Of a DNA stretch of 64,000 nt, positions 1 through 9,849 are shown one piece after another (positions within the stretch are counted from its first letter, which is position 1; each line of letters starts with the position of its first letter). A model generated the notes under the pieces. It worked only from the letters and a program-made list of their open reading frames with translations, did not search any database and was not told the DNA's origin. Both the position numbers and the translations under genes were made by a program. The DNA lies in contig CAWFGO010000001.1 of assembly GCA_963815455.1 (NCBI GenBank), positions 1,184,001 through 1,248,000 on the forward strand. Direction: 5' to 3'. This DNA comes from an uncultured Verrucomicrobiae bacterium. Lineage in GTDB: Bacteria; Verrucomicrobiota; Verrucomicrobiia; Chthoniobacterales; UBA10450.

Positions 1-457
1 GATGAGCGCGCCGGCCGAAGATTCGAAATCGGTGAAGAACGTGATCACCAAAGGCGAGAACACGACCCAGAAAAACCCGAACGATCTCTATCTGCGATTA
101 CAAGGCGACTATGTTCACGCCGAGGACACGGACACAGGAGAGCCGCTGCCACGGATTACGCCCTGGCGTTGCAGTGCCTCACTTAACTATGAGTCGGAGC
201 ACTGGACGGCGAGCATTGAAGGCCAGCGGGTGAATCGACAAAATCGCACCGCGGAATTCGAGACATCGACGCCGGGCTACACTTTCCTCAACGTGAGTCT
301 CGGTTACAAATTCCAGTGGGGACGCACTTACAATTTCCTCTACGTTCGTGGCACCAACCTGACCGACGAGGAAGCGCGCGATCATCTCTCGTTCCTGAAA
401 GAAGTGCTCCCGCTAGCCGGTCGGGGCGTGACGGTCGGGTTCCGCACGACCTTCTGA
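1..457 (+). CDS. TonB-dependent receptor, C-terminal fragment (5' end outside window)
   Basis: Beta-barrel C-terminus with LPRITP, NLTDEEARDH motifs and terminal Phe (GVTVGFRTTF). Confidence 0.85.
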   Translation, partial: MSAPAEDSKSVKNVITKGENTTQKNPNDLYLRLQGDYVHAEDTDTGEPLPRITPWRCSASLNYESEHWTASIEGQRVNRQNRTAEFETSTPGYTFLNVSLGYKFQWGRTYNFLYVRGTNLTDEEARDHLSFLKEVLPLAGRGVTVGFRTTF

Positions 458-480
458 GTGACTCGATCAATGCTCGCCTA

Positions 481-1224
481 ATGACGCGATCCGGCTTATT
501 TGCCTTTCTCTGCATCGCGGCGGTTTGCGCCACCTCGGATGGTCAGGATTCGGTCACGGCTGCGGCGTCGCTTGAACCGAACCCTCCGAGCACGGAGAAG
601 ATTACGTTTAGCGAAGTTAAGGTCGATGGACCGTACATCGCTATGACTTTTGATGATGGTCCGCAGGCGACCTACACGCCCAGGCTGCTCGATTTGGCAG
701 CGCAGAGGCACATCAAGCTCACCTTCTTCGTCATTGGCCAATGCGTCGAGCAGAACCCGGCCGTTCTCCGCCGCGAGGTTGCGGACCGCCACGAAATCGG
801 CAACCACACCTGGTCGCACCCCAATCTCGCGAAACTTCCAGACGACGGTATTCGAACCGAACTTCAGCGGACCGAAGACATCATCGTGAAAACCGTCGGT
901 ATCAAACCGAAGTTGATGCGCCCTCCCTACGGCGCAATAACCCAGCGCCAGCGGCAATGGGTCAATCGCGACTTCGGTTACAAGATCATTTTGTGGGAAG
1001 TCGATCCTGTCGATTGGAAACGGCCTGGGGCTAATGTCGTCGCGCAACGCATCATCGCGGAAGCACGGCCTGGTTCGATCATTTTGTCCCACGATATTCA
1101 CCCGGGCACGATTGCGGCGATGCCGCAGGTTTTCGATACCCTCCTGGCCAAAGGATTCAAATTCGTGACCGTCTCGGAGTTGCTCGCCATGGATAAGGGC
1201 GGCGAGCGAAAACCGTCGAAATAA
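481..1224 (+). CDS. Polysaccharide deacetylase (NodB homology), secreted
   Basis: TFDDGP, HEIGNHTWSH, MRPPYG, IILSHDIH motifs; signal peptide from ATG 481. Confidence 0.92.
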   Translation: MTRSGLFAFLCIAAVCATSDGQDSVTAAASLEPNPPSTEKITFSEVKVDGPYIAMTFDDGPQATYTPRLLDLAAQRHIKLTFFVIGQCVEQNPAVLRREVADRHEIGNHTWSHPNLAKLPDDGIRTELQRTEDIIVKTVGIKPKLMRPPYGAITQRQRQWVNRDFGYKIILWEVDPVDWKRPGANVVAQRIIAEARPGSIILSHDIHPGTIAAMPQVFDTLLAKGFKFVTVSELLAMDKGGERKPSK

Positions 1225-1333
1225 TTCTGCTAGTTTTCAACGGATGCGCCGGCGGGTGCGACCATCGTTTGAACCCTCGGTGCGTCGTTGATCTCAATTT
1301 CATTCGTCGCGATTGTGCGTCGGCGCACGAAAG

Positions 1334-1398
1334 TGTAGGGGCGAGCGTGTCACCCGCTTTCGAAATCATTTGCGGCCGACACGGCCGCCACTACACCT
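1334..1398. repeat. GTAG-type REP inverted pair
   Basis: TGTAGGGGCGAGCGTGTCACCCGC...GCGGCCGACACGGCCGCCACTACA; closely related copy at about 25130-25194. Confidence 0.7.
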
Positions 1399-1403
1399 AG
1401 AAC

Positions 1404-2732
1404 GTGCATTCGTTCCATTATCGCGATGGCAAACTTCACTGCGAAGATGTCGATCTTGCCCGGGTGGCCGAGAAATTTGGCACGCCACTCTATATTTATA
1501 GCGCGAGCACGATTCTCGATCATTTTGGCCGGCTCGATGCGGCACTCGCGCCGCTCGATCACCTGATCTGTTATGCGGTCAAGGCCAATTCGAACCGCGC
1601 CATCCTGAAGCTGTTGGCCGAATCCGGCGCCGGGTTCGATATCGTTTCGGGTGGCGAACTGTTTCGCGTGCTTAAAGCAGACGGCGACCCGGCCAGATGC
1701 ACCTTTGCCGGCGTGGGAAAATCGCGCGAGGAAATTGAATACGCGCTCGATCGGCGCGTTTACAGTTTCAACGTCGAAAGCGAAGCGGAGCTGGATTACA
1801 TCGACAAAATTGCCGGCGCGAAAAACTTGCGCGCGCCGATCGCGCTGCGAGCCAATCCCGATGTCGATCCGCACACCCACGAATACACCTCCACCGGTTT
1901 GGAGGAGAATAAATTCGGCATCGCCCTCGGCCGGCTCGCCGTCGTTTACGAGCGCGCCGCGCAGATGCACCACATCGACATCGTCGGCCTGCAAATGCAC
2001 ATCGGTTCACAAATCACCGAGGCGGGGCCGTTCGCCGAGGCGATCAGGAAAGTGGCACCACTGGTGCGCGAGTTGAGATCGAAATACGGGATCAAGTTTT
2101 TCAGCATTGGCGGCGGCATGGGAATTATTTATCGCCGGGCGCTGGAAAGCGGCTCAGGCAAATGGTGGCATGAGCACGATGGCGAAGCGTCCGCTTTTAG
2201 CGTCCGTGATTATTCTCAAGCGATTATGCCCGCGCTGTGCGATCTCGGCGTTCGCATCCTGGTCGAGCCGGGTCGCTTCCTGGTTGGCAACGCCGGCGTC
2301 TTGCTCACCCGGGTCCGCTACGTTAAGAATACGGGCGCGAAGCGATTCGCCATTGTCGATGCCGGCATGAACGATCTCATTCGTCCCGCGCTCTATCACA
2401 GCTATCACGAAATCGTCCCGGTCGCCGAGCCGCGGCCTGTAGGGGAAGCTGACAGCTTCCCGGGCAAGAGCATGAGCAACGAAAAGATCGACATCGTCGG
2501 GCCGGTGTGCGAATCGGGCGATTTCTTTGCGATCGACCGCGAAATGCCCCAACTGCGCGAGGGCGATCTGCTGGCCATCATGAGCGCCGGAGCCTACGGA
2601 TTCGTTATGGCCTCCAATTACAACTCCCGTCCGTTACCCGCCGAGGTGCTCATCCGCGGCGAGAAATTCACGCTGATCCGAAAACGCCAGGTCTGGGAAG
2701 ACCTGGTGCGCGACGAAATCGATCCGGCATAA
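1404..2732 (+). CDS. lysA: Diaminopimelate decarboxylase
   Basis: YAVKAN PLP lysine, HIGSQI, EPGR, GPVCESGD, GAYG..MASNYN. Confidence 0.97.
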   Translation: MHSFHYRDGKLHCEDVDLARVAEKFGTPLYIYSASTILDHFGRLDAALAPLDHLICYAVKANSNRAILKLLAESGAGFDIVSGGELFRVLKADGDPARCTFAGVGKSREEIEYALDRRVYSFNVESEAELDYIDKIAGAKNLRAPIALRANPDVDPHTHEYTSTGLEENKFGIALGRLAVVYERAAQMHHIDIVGLQMHIGSQITEAGPFAEAIRKVAPLVRELRSKYGIKFFSIGGGMGIIYRRALESGSGKWWHEHDGEASAFSVRDYSQAIMPALCDLGVRILVEPGRFLVGNAGVLLTRVRYVKNTGAKRFAIVDAGMNDLIRPALYHSYHEIVPVAEPRPVGEADSFPGKSMSNEKIDIVGPVCESGDFFAIDREMPQLREGDLLAIMSAGAYGFVMASNYNSRPLPAEVLIRGEKFTLIRKRQVWEDLVRDEIDPA

Positions 2733-2739
2733 CCGCGTT

Positions 2740-2861
2740 GTCGTCCTGAGCGGAGCACATATCCCAGCTGTCATCCTGAGCGGAGCGAAGCGAAGTCGAA
2801 GGATCTCGCGGAATCAGGCCGCAGGTTCGAATCGGGATCCCTCGACTTCGCCCGGGATGAC
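2740..2861. repeat. CGTC/TGTCATCC-type palindromic repeat (MITE/REP-like) plus partial copy
   Basis: GTCATCCTGAGC...GAAGGATC---GATCCCTCGAC...GGGATGAC terminal inverted repeats; about 12 full or half copies in the window. Confidence 0.85.
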
Positions 2862-2921
2862 GCCGCGGCTGCCGCTTGCGCAAATTCGTGGCGCGCGTAA
2901 ATACTATTCCCACTAAAATCA

Positions 2922-3620
2922 ATGAAACGGTCCCTCGCCATCCTATTTGCCCTGCTTGCTCTCACCCAGATCGCGCCCGCGCGCCAGACCCAGAGCGAAG
3001 CGGTGCTCCTCATCGGCGGACCATCCCTTTATCAATGGGAAAAATATAAGGCGTATCCGCACGATCATTGGTGGGCGAATTTTGTCCGGGCCGCTCGGAT
3101 TCGCACCGAGCAATTGCGCGGTCAGCTTGGACCAAACGCGACCATCACCTGGCTTGTCTACAAGCAGGGCTACATCGATCGAGCCGAGCAGGAACACCAG
3201 GACTTGATCGCCCTCATCGATTCCGTGCGCGAGAAATTCAATCTCAACCTGGTTTACTTCGACAAGGGCGGCGAGGTGATCAACTACCTGAACAACGGCC
3301 AGCCGCGCGACCGGGTGAAGATCGTCGATTTCGAATACTTCGGGCATTCGAACAAGGCTTGTTTCATGTTCGATTACAGCAGCCATCTCGACAGCGCCGC
3401 CAAGTCATGGTTGCACGAGAACGATCTGGTGAGAATCAATCGCCGCATTTTCGCGCGGGATGCCTATATCAAAAGCTGGGGCTGTCACACCGGCGAAAGC
3501 ATGTCGACAAAATGGTATCGAGCCACCGGCACCCATATGATCGGCGCCATCGGCAAGACCCAGTTCATGATGGAAGAACTGCCCATCCTCACCTCCCAGA
3601 ACGGCAAGTGGGTGAACTGA
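2922..3620 (+). CDS. Secreted hypothetical protein
   Basis: Signal peptide, 232 aa, YFGHS and SWGCHTG motifs (possible His/Cys pair). Confidence 0.75.
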   Translation: MKRSLAILFALLALTQIAPARQTQSEAVLLIGGPSLYQWEKYKAYPHDHWWANFVRAARIRTEQLRGQLGPNATITWLVYKQGYIDRAEQEHQDLIALIDSVREKFNLNLVYFDKGGEVINYLNNGQPRDRVKIVDFEYFGHSNKACFMFDYSSHLDSAAKSWLHENDLVRINRRIFARDAYIKSWGCHTGESMSTKWYRATGTHMIGAIGKTQFMMEELPILTSQNGKWVN

Positions 3621-3711
3621 ATTTTCGACTAGATGGCGACTCGGCCGCGCCGGTAGATTTCCTGCAAAAATTCGTGTTCATTCGTGTCCATTCGTGGTTA
3701 ACATTCCGGTG

Positions 3712-3921
3712 ATGAAGATCTCTGCCGAAGATCAAAAAGGGCTCAGCGTGATTCTGATCTGTCTGGGCCTCCTTTCCTTTCTGCTCGGGATCGCCGGTCG
3801 AACCAAAATGGATTTCCACTACGCCAATCAAATCTTCACCACCGGAATGTCCGTCGCGGCTGTACTGGCCGGGCTGGGTGTGATCGTGTTCCTGTTTTCC
3901 CTGCGGAAAAACCGGGGCTAG
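3712..3921 (+). CDS. Small membrane protein (2 TM)
   Basis: Two hydrophobic helices and a basic C-terminus. Confidence 0.55.
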   Translation: MKISAEDQKGLSVILICLGLLSFLLGIAGRTKMDFHYANQIFTTGMSVAAVLAGLGVIVFLFSLRKNRG

Positions 3922-4063
3922 CTCCGGCTTCCGCCTTCGAAGCCGATCCCTTTCTGTCATCCTGGGCGAACGAAATCGAAGGACCTCAAATTCTTTCGCC
4001 TGGTCCTCTCCATCGTCGCTCGCTCAATTGTCGATCTTGCCGAACCTCTCGGCACATACGAGC

Positions 4064-5215
4064 ATGCGCGATTCCGTGAGCGAAACGACAACGCCACCGC
4101 GGCTCGACGTCGATCCGCGCTTTCAAAATCGTGAACGGCAGCCGGGTCTCGATCTCCTCCGTGCGCTCGCAATCGTTGTCGTCGTGGTTTATCACGCGGG
4201 CATTTTCGGGTTCGTCCTCCCGGGCCGCATCCATCGCTTTGGCTGGATCGGTGTCGATCTCTTCTTCGTCCTCAGCGGTTATCTCATCGGCGGTCAACTC
4301 CTCGCACCGCTTGCCCGCGGCCAGAACATCAATTTCGGGCGCTTCTTTTCCCGACGGGCATTGCGAATCCTGCCCGCATATCTTGTCGTGCTCGCGATTT
4401 ACTTTTGGCTGCCGTCGCTGCGGGAATTTCCGGACATATCTCCGCTCTGGAAATTTCTGATCTCAGTTCAAAACATTGACCTGCGCGGTGGCACCGCTTT
4501 TTCGCACGCCTGGTCGCTCGCCATCGAAGATCAATTCTACCTGGCCCTGCCGCTGGTCCTCATTTTGATCAGTCGCTGGCCGCGCGCGGGGATTGTAGTT
4601 CCTTGCGCGATTGTTCTTGGTGGCATCGTTCTGCGCACGTTTCTGGCCTGGCAATTTCCCGGCGAGTCCGGCGGCGTTTCCTTCCGGGGTTTCCAAAGAT
4701 GGATTTATTATCCCACCTGGACCCGGCTCGATCCGCTGGTCTTCGGCGTTGCGCTCGCGGCGATCGAGAAATTTCGACCTAATTGGTGGCAGCGACTGAT
4801 GAATACCGCGATCTGGCTCTGGCTACCCGGCCTGGCCGCGATCGTTTACGGTCTTTACCTGGGCGAAGGAGACATCCTCACCGTCGTCGCCTGCGTCTGG
4901 CAATTCCCACTGATCGCTCTCGGAATGGCCGCGTTGCTCGTCTGTGCCGTCAGCCCGCGACTGCCGTTCCGGCGAACCGAGATCCCGGGCGCCGCTCTTT
5001 TCGCCAGCATCGCGTTCAGCGTTTACCTCAGTCACAAACTCGTCATTCATCAGGCAATTCAATTCTGTTCGGGCCACGACATCGCGCTCACCTCCGTTTG
5101 GGCGCTTCTTCTGGTCGAGACCGGCATCTACATCGGCGGACTCGTCTTGTTCATGGCTGTGGAACGACCATTCCTTCAATTGCGACACCGAATCGCCCAA
5201 CGCCAATTGCGATAA
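4064..5215 (+). CDS. Acyltransferase family 3 (OafA-like)
   Basis: GLDLLRALA, GVDLFFVLSG, RRALRILPAY, HAWSLAIEDQFY, VERPF. Confidence 0.93.
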   Translation: MRDSVSETTTPPRLDVDPRFQNRERQPGLDLLRALAIVVVVVYHAGIFGFVLPGRIHRFGWIGVDLFFVLSGYLIGGQLLAPLARGQNINFGRFFSRRALRILPAYLVVLAIYFWLPSLREFPDISPLWKFLISVQNIDLRGGTAFSHAWSLAIEDQFYLALPLVLILISRWPRAGIVVPCAIVLGGIVLRTFLAWQFPGESGGVSFRGFQRWIYYPTWTRLDPLVFGVALAAIEKFRPNWWQRLMNTAIWLWLPGLAAIVYGLYLGEGDILTVVACVWQFPLIALGMAALLVCAVSPRLPFRRTEIPGAALFASIAFSVYLSHKLVIHQAIQFCSGHDIALTSVWALLLVETGIYIGGLVLFMAVERPFLQLRHRIAQRQLR

Positions 5216-5359
5216 CCGCACGATTTTCTGACGCTATCCGGCCACTTCTTTGGTCGACCTGACTTCTGACCTCCTATCCGCCCTACTTCTTAAATCTTAC
5301 ATCATAAATCTGCCTCCCCTCCGCCCTCGCTATTTCGCGGATATCGGCTATAGTGCGTG

Positions 5360-5716
5360 ATGTCCAAATCTGCTGGTGCTTCTTTCTCACGCCGTGCGCC
5401 CGATAACATCACTGAAGAGCTCGTGGCCGTGCTTTCGTCCAAGGCCTCGTTTGAATTCAAGGCCTTGTTCGACGTGATCTTCCTGAACCTCAAGGAGCGG
5501 AATGCCGCCAGTGGGGGAGAAGAAATGCTGCGTTTGCGCACCTATGAGAAACTCCAGAGCCTCGTCCACCAGGGGGCCGTCACCAGAACGGTCAAGGGGA
5601 TCGTGAAGAACTACAAGGGTGTCGGCTCGCGCCTAGTCGCGCTGAGCGCCGAGATGGAAGTTCTGCGCAGCGAATGGAACCAGAAAGTTCTGGCCAAAGC
5701 CGCGGCCCGGGATTGA
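5360..5716 (+). CDS. Conserved small basic hypothetical protein (possible winged helix)
   Basis: Clean ORF with SGGEEMLRLRTYEKLQ; a paralog at about 9175-9444 supports coding status; TATAGT just upstream. Confidence 0.75.
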   Translation: MSKSAGASFSRRAPDNITEELVAVLSSKASFEFKALFDVIFLNLKERNAASGGEEMLRLRTYEKLQSLVHQGAVTRTVKGIVKNYKGVGSRLVALSAEMEVLRSEWNQKVLAKAAARD

Positions 5717-5864
5717 GGTCGACAATTCCCGGGGACGCTCTCTTGATTTGCGCTCCGGAGCCCATTGTAGGGCGTCTGTGTCAGACGCCATCCGCACGGG
5801 GCTTCCCGAGAAACGCCCTGCCCCAAATCGGGCTTGAATTCGACTTCTGACATCTCGTTGCTCA

Positions 5865-6479
5865 TCACTTTGCCAGATGCGAAACCGGATCGCTCCAATC
5901 GCCTTGCCCGGTTAAGCCGCCCAGCGCGCGCACTTGAATCGTGTAGACCATGCCGAGCGTGAGTCGATCGAAGATGATGTGCTGCCAATCGCCTGTGAAC
6001 ACACTCGGCAGCCAGGGACCATCGGCTTGGGAGCGACCCTCGTACAAGTTGCTGTTCCTCACCGGGTGCCGAAGTCGCCCGATCAATTGTCCGGTAACGC
6101 CGTTCTCGACGATCGGGCGCTCCGGTTTCTCCAGGGGCCACAGCGCCCGGTTCGGACTTCTCGCTTCAAATCCGGAACTCCGCAATTGCTCCATGTCTTT
6201 GGCTGTGGTCTGCACGTAACCGGCCAGCTTGCGCAAAACCCCAAGTAAGGTTTGGCGGGACAAATTTTTCGTCGCGGTGTCGATCGATCCGCCCATGGCT
6301 GCTTTCTCGATCTGGAGCGCAAAATCAGCACTTGCCGTTTTGAGCATCGGCAGCATTGCCTCGATGAACGGCACTGAATAGGCCGGGTTTCTCCTCATGC
6401 TCCTGTCGATTCTCATCGCGAAATCATCCAGGTCCATGTCCGATAACTTCGCGAATCGATACGAAACGCTGATTCCCAT
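5865..6479 (-). CDS. Hypothetical protein with C-terminal fibronectin type III-like domain
   Basis: C-terminal LTLGMVYTIQVRALGG...DWSDPVS FN3 pattern after a helical N-terminal domain. Confidence 0.7.
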   Translation of the reverse strand: MGISVSYRFAKLSDMDLDDFAMRIDRSMRRNPAYSVPFIEAMLPMLKTASADFALQIEKAAMGGSIDTATKNLSRQTLLGVLRKLAGYVQTTAKDMEQLRSSGFEARSPNRALWPLEKPERPIVENGVTGQLIGRLRHPVRNSNLYEGRSQADGPWLPSVFTGDWQHIIFDRLTLGMVYTIQVRALGGLTGQGDWSDPVSHLAK

Positions 6480-6665
6480 TTAGCTCCCTTGGTTGTGGTT
6501 AATGGTTGAAGCGAGATCCCCCGCCACGACAACCCGGCTTCCCTCGCCGTTGCCAGCGCAAAAGGCAGCAATAGGCGTTCCCATATTATGAAAATTATAA
6601 GGCGAACCGGAATCCGCGTCTCAAGATGCATCCGGCCAGAACGACGAAAACTTTTCTTACTGCGC

Positions 6666-7223
6666 TCAACGCTGGGCAGCAGGTTTGCCCCTCAGCAATT
6701 CCGCCAGCTTGCGCGCCGTATTAGAGTTTCGGACCGTGATCCGGCGATAGATCGGATGGCTTGGCAATTTGCCGCTCGTCGTGCGTCCGAACAACGCGAT
6801 GGAAAGCGACTGATAAATCACGCCCCGGCCCGGCGTCACCATTTCGATCTCCGGTTTCAATCTGCCCATCGCCTCAATCACATCGCCCGTCTTTGTTCCC
6901 GGCAGGAGCGCCAGAAGATTGTGTTTCCAATCCTTGTTCGTTCCCCACGATTTCGGCGCGCGCCGCACAATTTCCCGCCATTCACTTTCCGCGAACACCA
7001 CCACACCCACCTGCATCGCAAACGTCTTCTCGATGGACGCTTCCATCTTGCGTGCCAACCGGTCCACGTCCGTTTTCGGCGCCGCAAAAAGCACATTGCC
7101 GCTCTGGATATAAGTCTGCACCTCCGCGAAGCCGGCTTTCTCCAGACACTTTTTCAACTCGCTCATCCGGATCAATCCCTTGCCGCCCACATTGATTCCG
7201 CGCAACAACGCCAGGTAGTTCAT
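6666..7223 (-). CDS. DUF1697 domain protein
   Basis: YLALLRGINVGG, VQTYIQSGNVLF, TVRNSNT. Confidence 0.93.
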   Translation of the reverse strand: MNYLALLRGINVGGKGLIRMSELKKCLEKAGFAEVQTYIQSGNVLFAAPKTDVDRLARKMEASIEKTFAMQVGVVVFAESEWREIVRRAPKSWGTNKDWKHNLLALLPGTKTGDVIEAMGRLKPEIEMVTPGRGVIYQSLSIALFGRTTSGKLPSHPIYRRITVRNSNTARKLAELLRGKPAAQR

Positions 7224-7372
7224 TCGTTCCCCATCATATTCAGAGAAATGGACGTTTCTATTAAATCGCGACGCGCTCTCCGCCTTTCAGCGAATCGAAT
7301 TGGATTGACATTTGACCAATTTCTTCTCAGCCTTGGGCTCGCTCTTTAACCTAACCAACCGCCTTGTTGCTT

Positions 7373-8194
7373 ATGAAAAAAGCCACTTCCTACTGCCTTG
7401 TCCTCACATTCCTGTTCGCCAGTCTTCTGGTTTCCACCGCTCGCGCAGACCTGATTGCCGTCGATTCCAGTCGCGCGCTGTATTCGATCGACATGACCAC
7501 CGGGGCCAAGACCCTGATCGGGACCGTGAGCGCAAATGCCAGCACCACCGCAGAACTGGCCTACAATCCCGTGAACGGCGTTATTTACCTCAGCTCGACC
7601 GGCAACGACTCGCTTTTCAGCCTCGACCTGGCCACCGGGAACGCCACGCTCATCGGCGCGTATGGCGATTCCGCGGTCGTCATGCACGGGCTCGAATACG
7701 ACGACAGCACGGGGATTCTGTATGGCGTCTCTTCCCACAACAACGGCCTTTACAATATCAATCCGTTGACCGGTGTCGCCACATTGATCGGCACCTCCGG
7801 CCTCACTTCGTTCACCAATCTCGGTTACAATTCCGCCACCAACCAGATGTTCGCCACCAACAGCGGCAGCGACAGTTTCTATCTGATGAATCGCGCGACC
7901 GGCGCGACTACGCTGATCGGGGCGTTGAATGGGCCGACCAACCCGAACGGCGTGGCCTACGATCGCGACAACGGGTTGATGTACATGGTCGATAACAGCA
8001 CGGACAATCTCTATACCATCAACATGATCACCGGCGAGGCGACTCTGATCGGTTCCACCGGCCCGGGTAATCTGCTCGGACTGGTTTACATTCCCGTGCC
8101 CGAGCCCAGCTCGATCATGCTGCTCGGCGTCGGCGCCGCTTTGCTCGCCGCCCGCCGTTGGCGCGGATCACGTCGATCCAAACAGAGAGCCTAG
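7373..8194 (+). CDS. PEP-CTERM exosortase substrate with beta-propeller-like repeats
   Basis: Signal peptide, repeated LYxIN..TG.ATLIG units, C-terminal VPEPSS-TM-RR. Confidence 0.9.
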   Translation: MKKATSYCLVLTFLFASLLVSTARADLIAVDSSRALYSIDMTTGAKTLIGTVSANASTTAELAYNPVNGVIYLSSTGNDSLFSLDLATGNATLIGAYGDSAVVMHGLEYDDSTGILYGVSSHNNGLYNINPLTGVATLIGTSGLTSFTNLGYNSATNQMFATNSGSDSFYLMNRATGATTLIGALNGPTNPNGVAYDRDNGLMYMVDNSTDNLYTINMITGEATLIGSTGPGNLLGLVYIPVPEPSSIMLLGVGAALLAARRWRGSRRSKQRA

Positions 8195-8333
8195 ACTCCC
8201 TGTAGCGGCGGTCTCTGACCGTCGATTTTCGGCGACGACTCCCCGCTTCCCCTGAATATTTCCTCCCGATTGGCGTAATCCGCGGTAACTTGTCACTCGC
8301 CTGCCAAGCCATAGCCAGGCGAACGCTGGTCAC

Positions 8334-9086
8334 ATGTCACCTGCCACTTCTTCAACGCAACGCATCGCCCTCGTCACCGGCGCCAACAAAGGAATCGGTT
8401 TCGAAGTCGTCCGCCAGCTCGCGCGCAAAGGTTTCCGCGTCTTTCTCAGCGCCCGCGACTCCGATGCCGGAGTGGCGGCTGTTAAGAAACTCAATGATGA
8501 AGCTGGTAGTACCGCGGCCGATCTTGCCACTGGCCACGCGTCACTTGTCACTTTCCTTAAGGTCGACATCTCCGACCCGGACAGCATCGACAGCGCCGCT
8601 CGGGAATTTTCGCGTCAGGCCGATCATCTCGACTCGCTCGTGAATAACGCCGGCATTCTGCTCGATAACGACAAAGACGTGCTCACCACAACGCCGGACA
8701 TATTCGAGGACACTCTCCGGACCAACACGCTCGGTCCGCTCCTCGTCGCGCAGGCCTTCGTCCCGATGCTGAAAAAGAGTAACGCCCCGCGCATCGTCAA
8801 TGTTTCCAGCGGCGGCGGCCAGCTCGCCGACGGCGCCGATGGTTGGGCACCGGCCTATTGCATTTCGAAAACAGCATTGAATGGCGTCACCGTCCAACTC
8901 GCCGCCGCGCTCCCGAAATTCGCGGTCAACTCCGTTTGCCCTGGGTGGGTGCGAACAGATATGGGTGGGTCGAATGCCACCCGCTCCGTGGCGGAGGGTG
9001 CATCGGGAATTGTGTGGCTTGCATGCGAAGCTCCGCAATCGTTAACAGCCAAGTTCGTTCGCGACCGTAAAACAATCCCCTGGTAG
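8334..9086 (+). CDS. SDR family oxidoreductase (carbonyl reductase-like)
   Basis: TGANKGIG, NNAG, YCISK, CPGWVRTDMG. Confidence 0.93.
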   Translation: MSPATSSTQRIALVTGANKGIGFEVVRQLARKGFRVFLSARDSDAGVAAVKKLNDEAGSTAADLATGHASLVTFLKVDISDPDSIDSAAREFSRQADHLDSLVNNAGILLDNDKDVLTTTPDIFEDTLRTNTLGPLLVAQAFVPMLKKSNAPRIVNVSSGGGQLADGADGWAPAYCISKTALNGVTVQLAAALPKFAVNSVCPGWVRTDMGGSNATRSVAEGASGIVWLACEAPQSLTAKFVRDRKTIPW

Positions 9087-9174
9087 TTGTCGCCGCGTCG
9101 CTCTGTCGACGCGTTCTTCAAAACAGAAAAACCACGAATAATCGCGAATCTACGCGAAGACGAGAATATTAGTG

Positions 9175-9444
9175 TCTCTTCGAATTCAAGCCCTTGTTCG
9201 ACATCATCCTGCTTAATCTTCGGGAACGAAACGCGGCCAGCGGGGGGAAGAAATGCTCCGGTTGCGCGTTTACGAAAAGCTTCAGGGCCTGGTCCATCAG
9301 GGCGCGGTCGATCGAACAGTAACGGGGATCACGAAAAAATATAAAGGCGTCGGTCCGCGCATGAACACCCTCAAAGCGCAAATGAAACTCTTGCGGGTCG
9401 AGTGGAGCAAGAAGCTTGCGGCCAAGGCCGCGGCGCGAACCTGA
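9175..9444 (+). pseudogene. 5'-truncated paralog of the 5360-5716 protein
   Basis: FEFKPLFDII...ERNAASGG/EEMLRLRVYEKLQGLVHQGAV aligns with the intact copy; in-frame stop upstream and an indel in a G-run. Confidence 0.75.
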
Positions 9445-9554
9445 TCTTTGTTCTCTGATCCGCCGAAGGACGGATTGACGAACTCGCGCCCGCTCGCTTC
9501 GGCCTCTCGGCTTTTCCCGTCAATGTCGCTCGCATCCCTTCGGCTCCATTCGCC

Positions 9555-9781
9555 GTGGCGAACTTCCGTCGTCTGATTTCTGTTCGAAGCATTCGGTAAA
9601 ATCGGGTACACGTTCGACCATTAAGCTAGGAGTCATATTATTCTCCGACACGCCTCTGGACGCCGGCTCACCGTTCCAAATCATCGTGAGTTGGCCAAAG
9701 GAACATTGCCCGCCCTGGTTTCGTGAAGCTGGTTTAACCAAAACACAATTCGCTGAATTACTTTTGATCGAGACAAACTAA
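9555..9781 (+). pseudogene. hicA: HicA toxin pseudogene
   Basis: Manual translation AFGKIGYTFDH*ARSHIILRHASGRRLTVPNHRELAKGTL.AL / REAGLTKTQFAELL; premature stop and frameshifts; absent from ORF track. Confidence 0.8.
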
Positions 9782-9849
9782 GACTTTCCAGAGTCACGAA
9801 TTCTGAATCCAAACACCTGACTACGCGCGTCCAAGCATTATAATTAGCC

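Noticed and set aside
1290..1315. Possible duplicated lysA 5' end (F..RD)
   Set aside because: Similarity too short and weak to distinguish from chance
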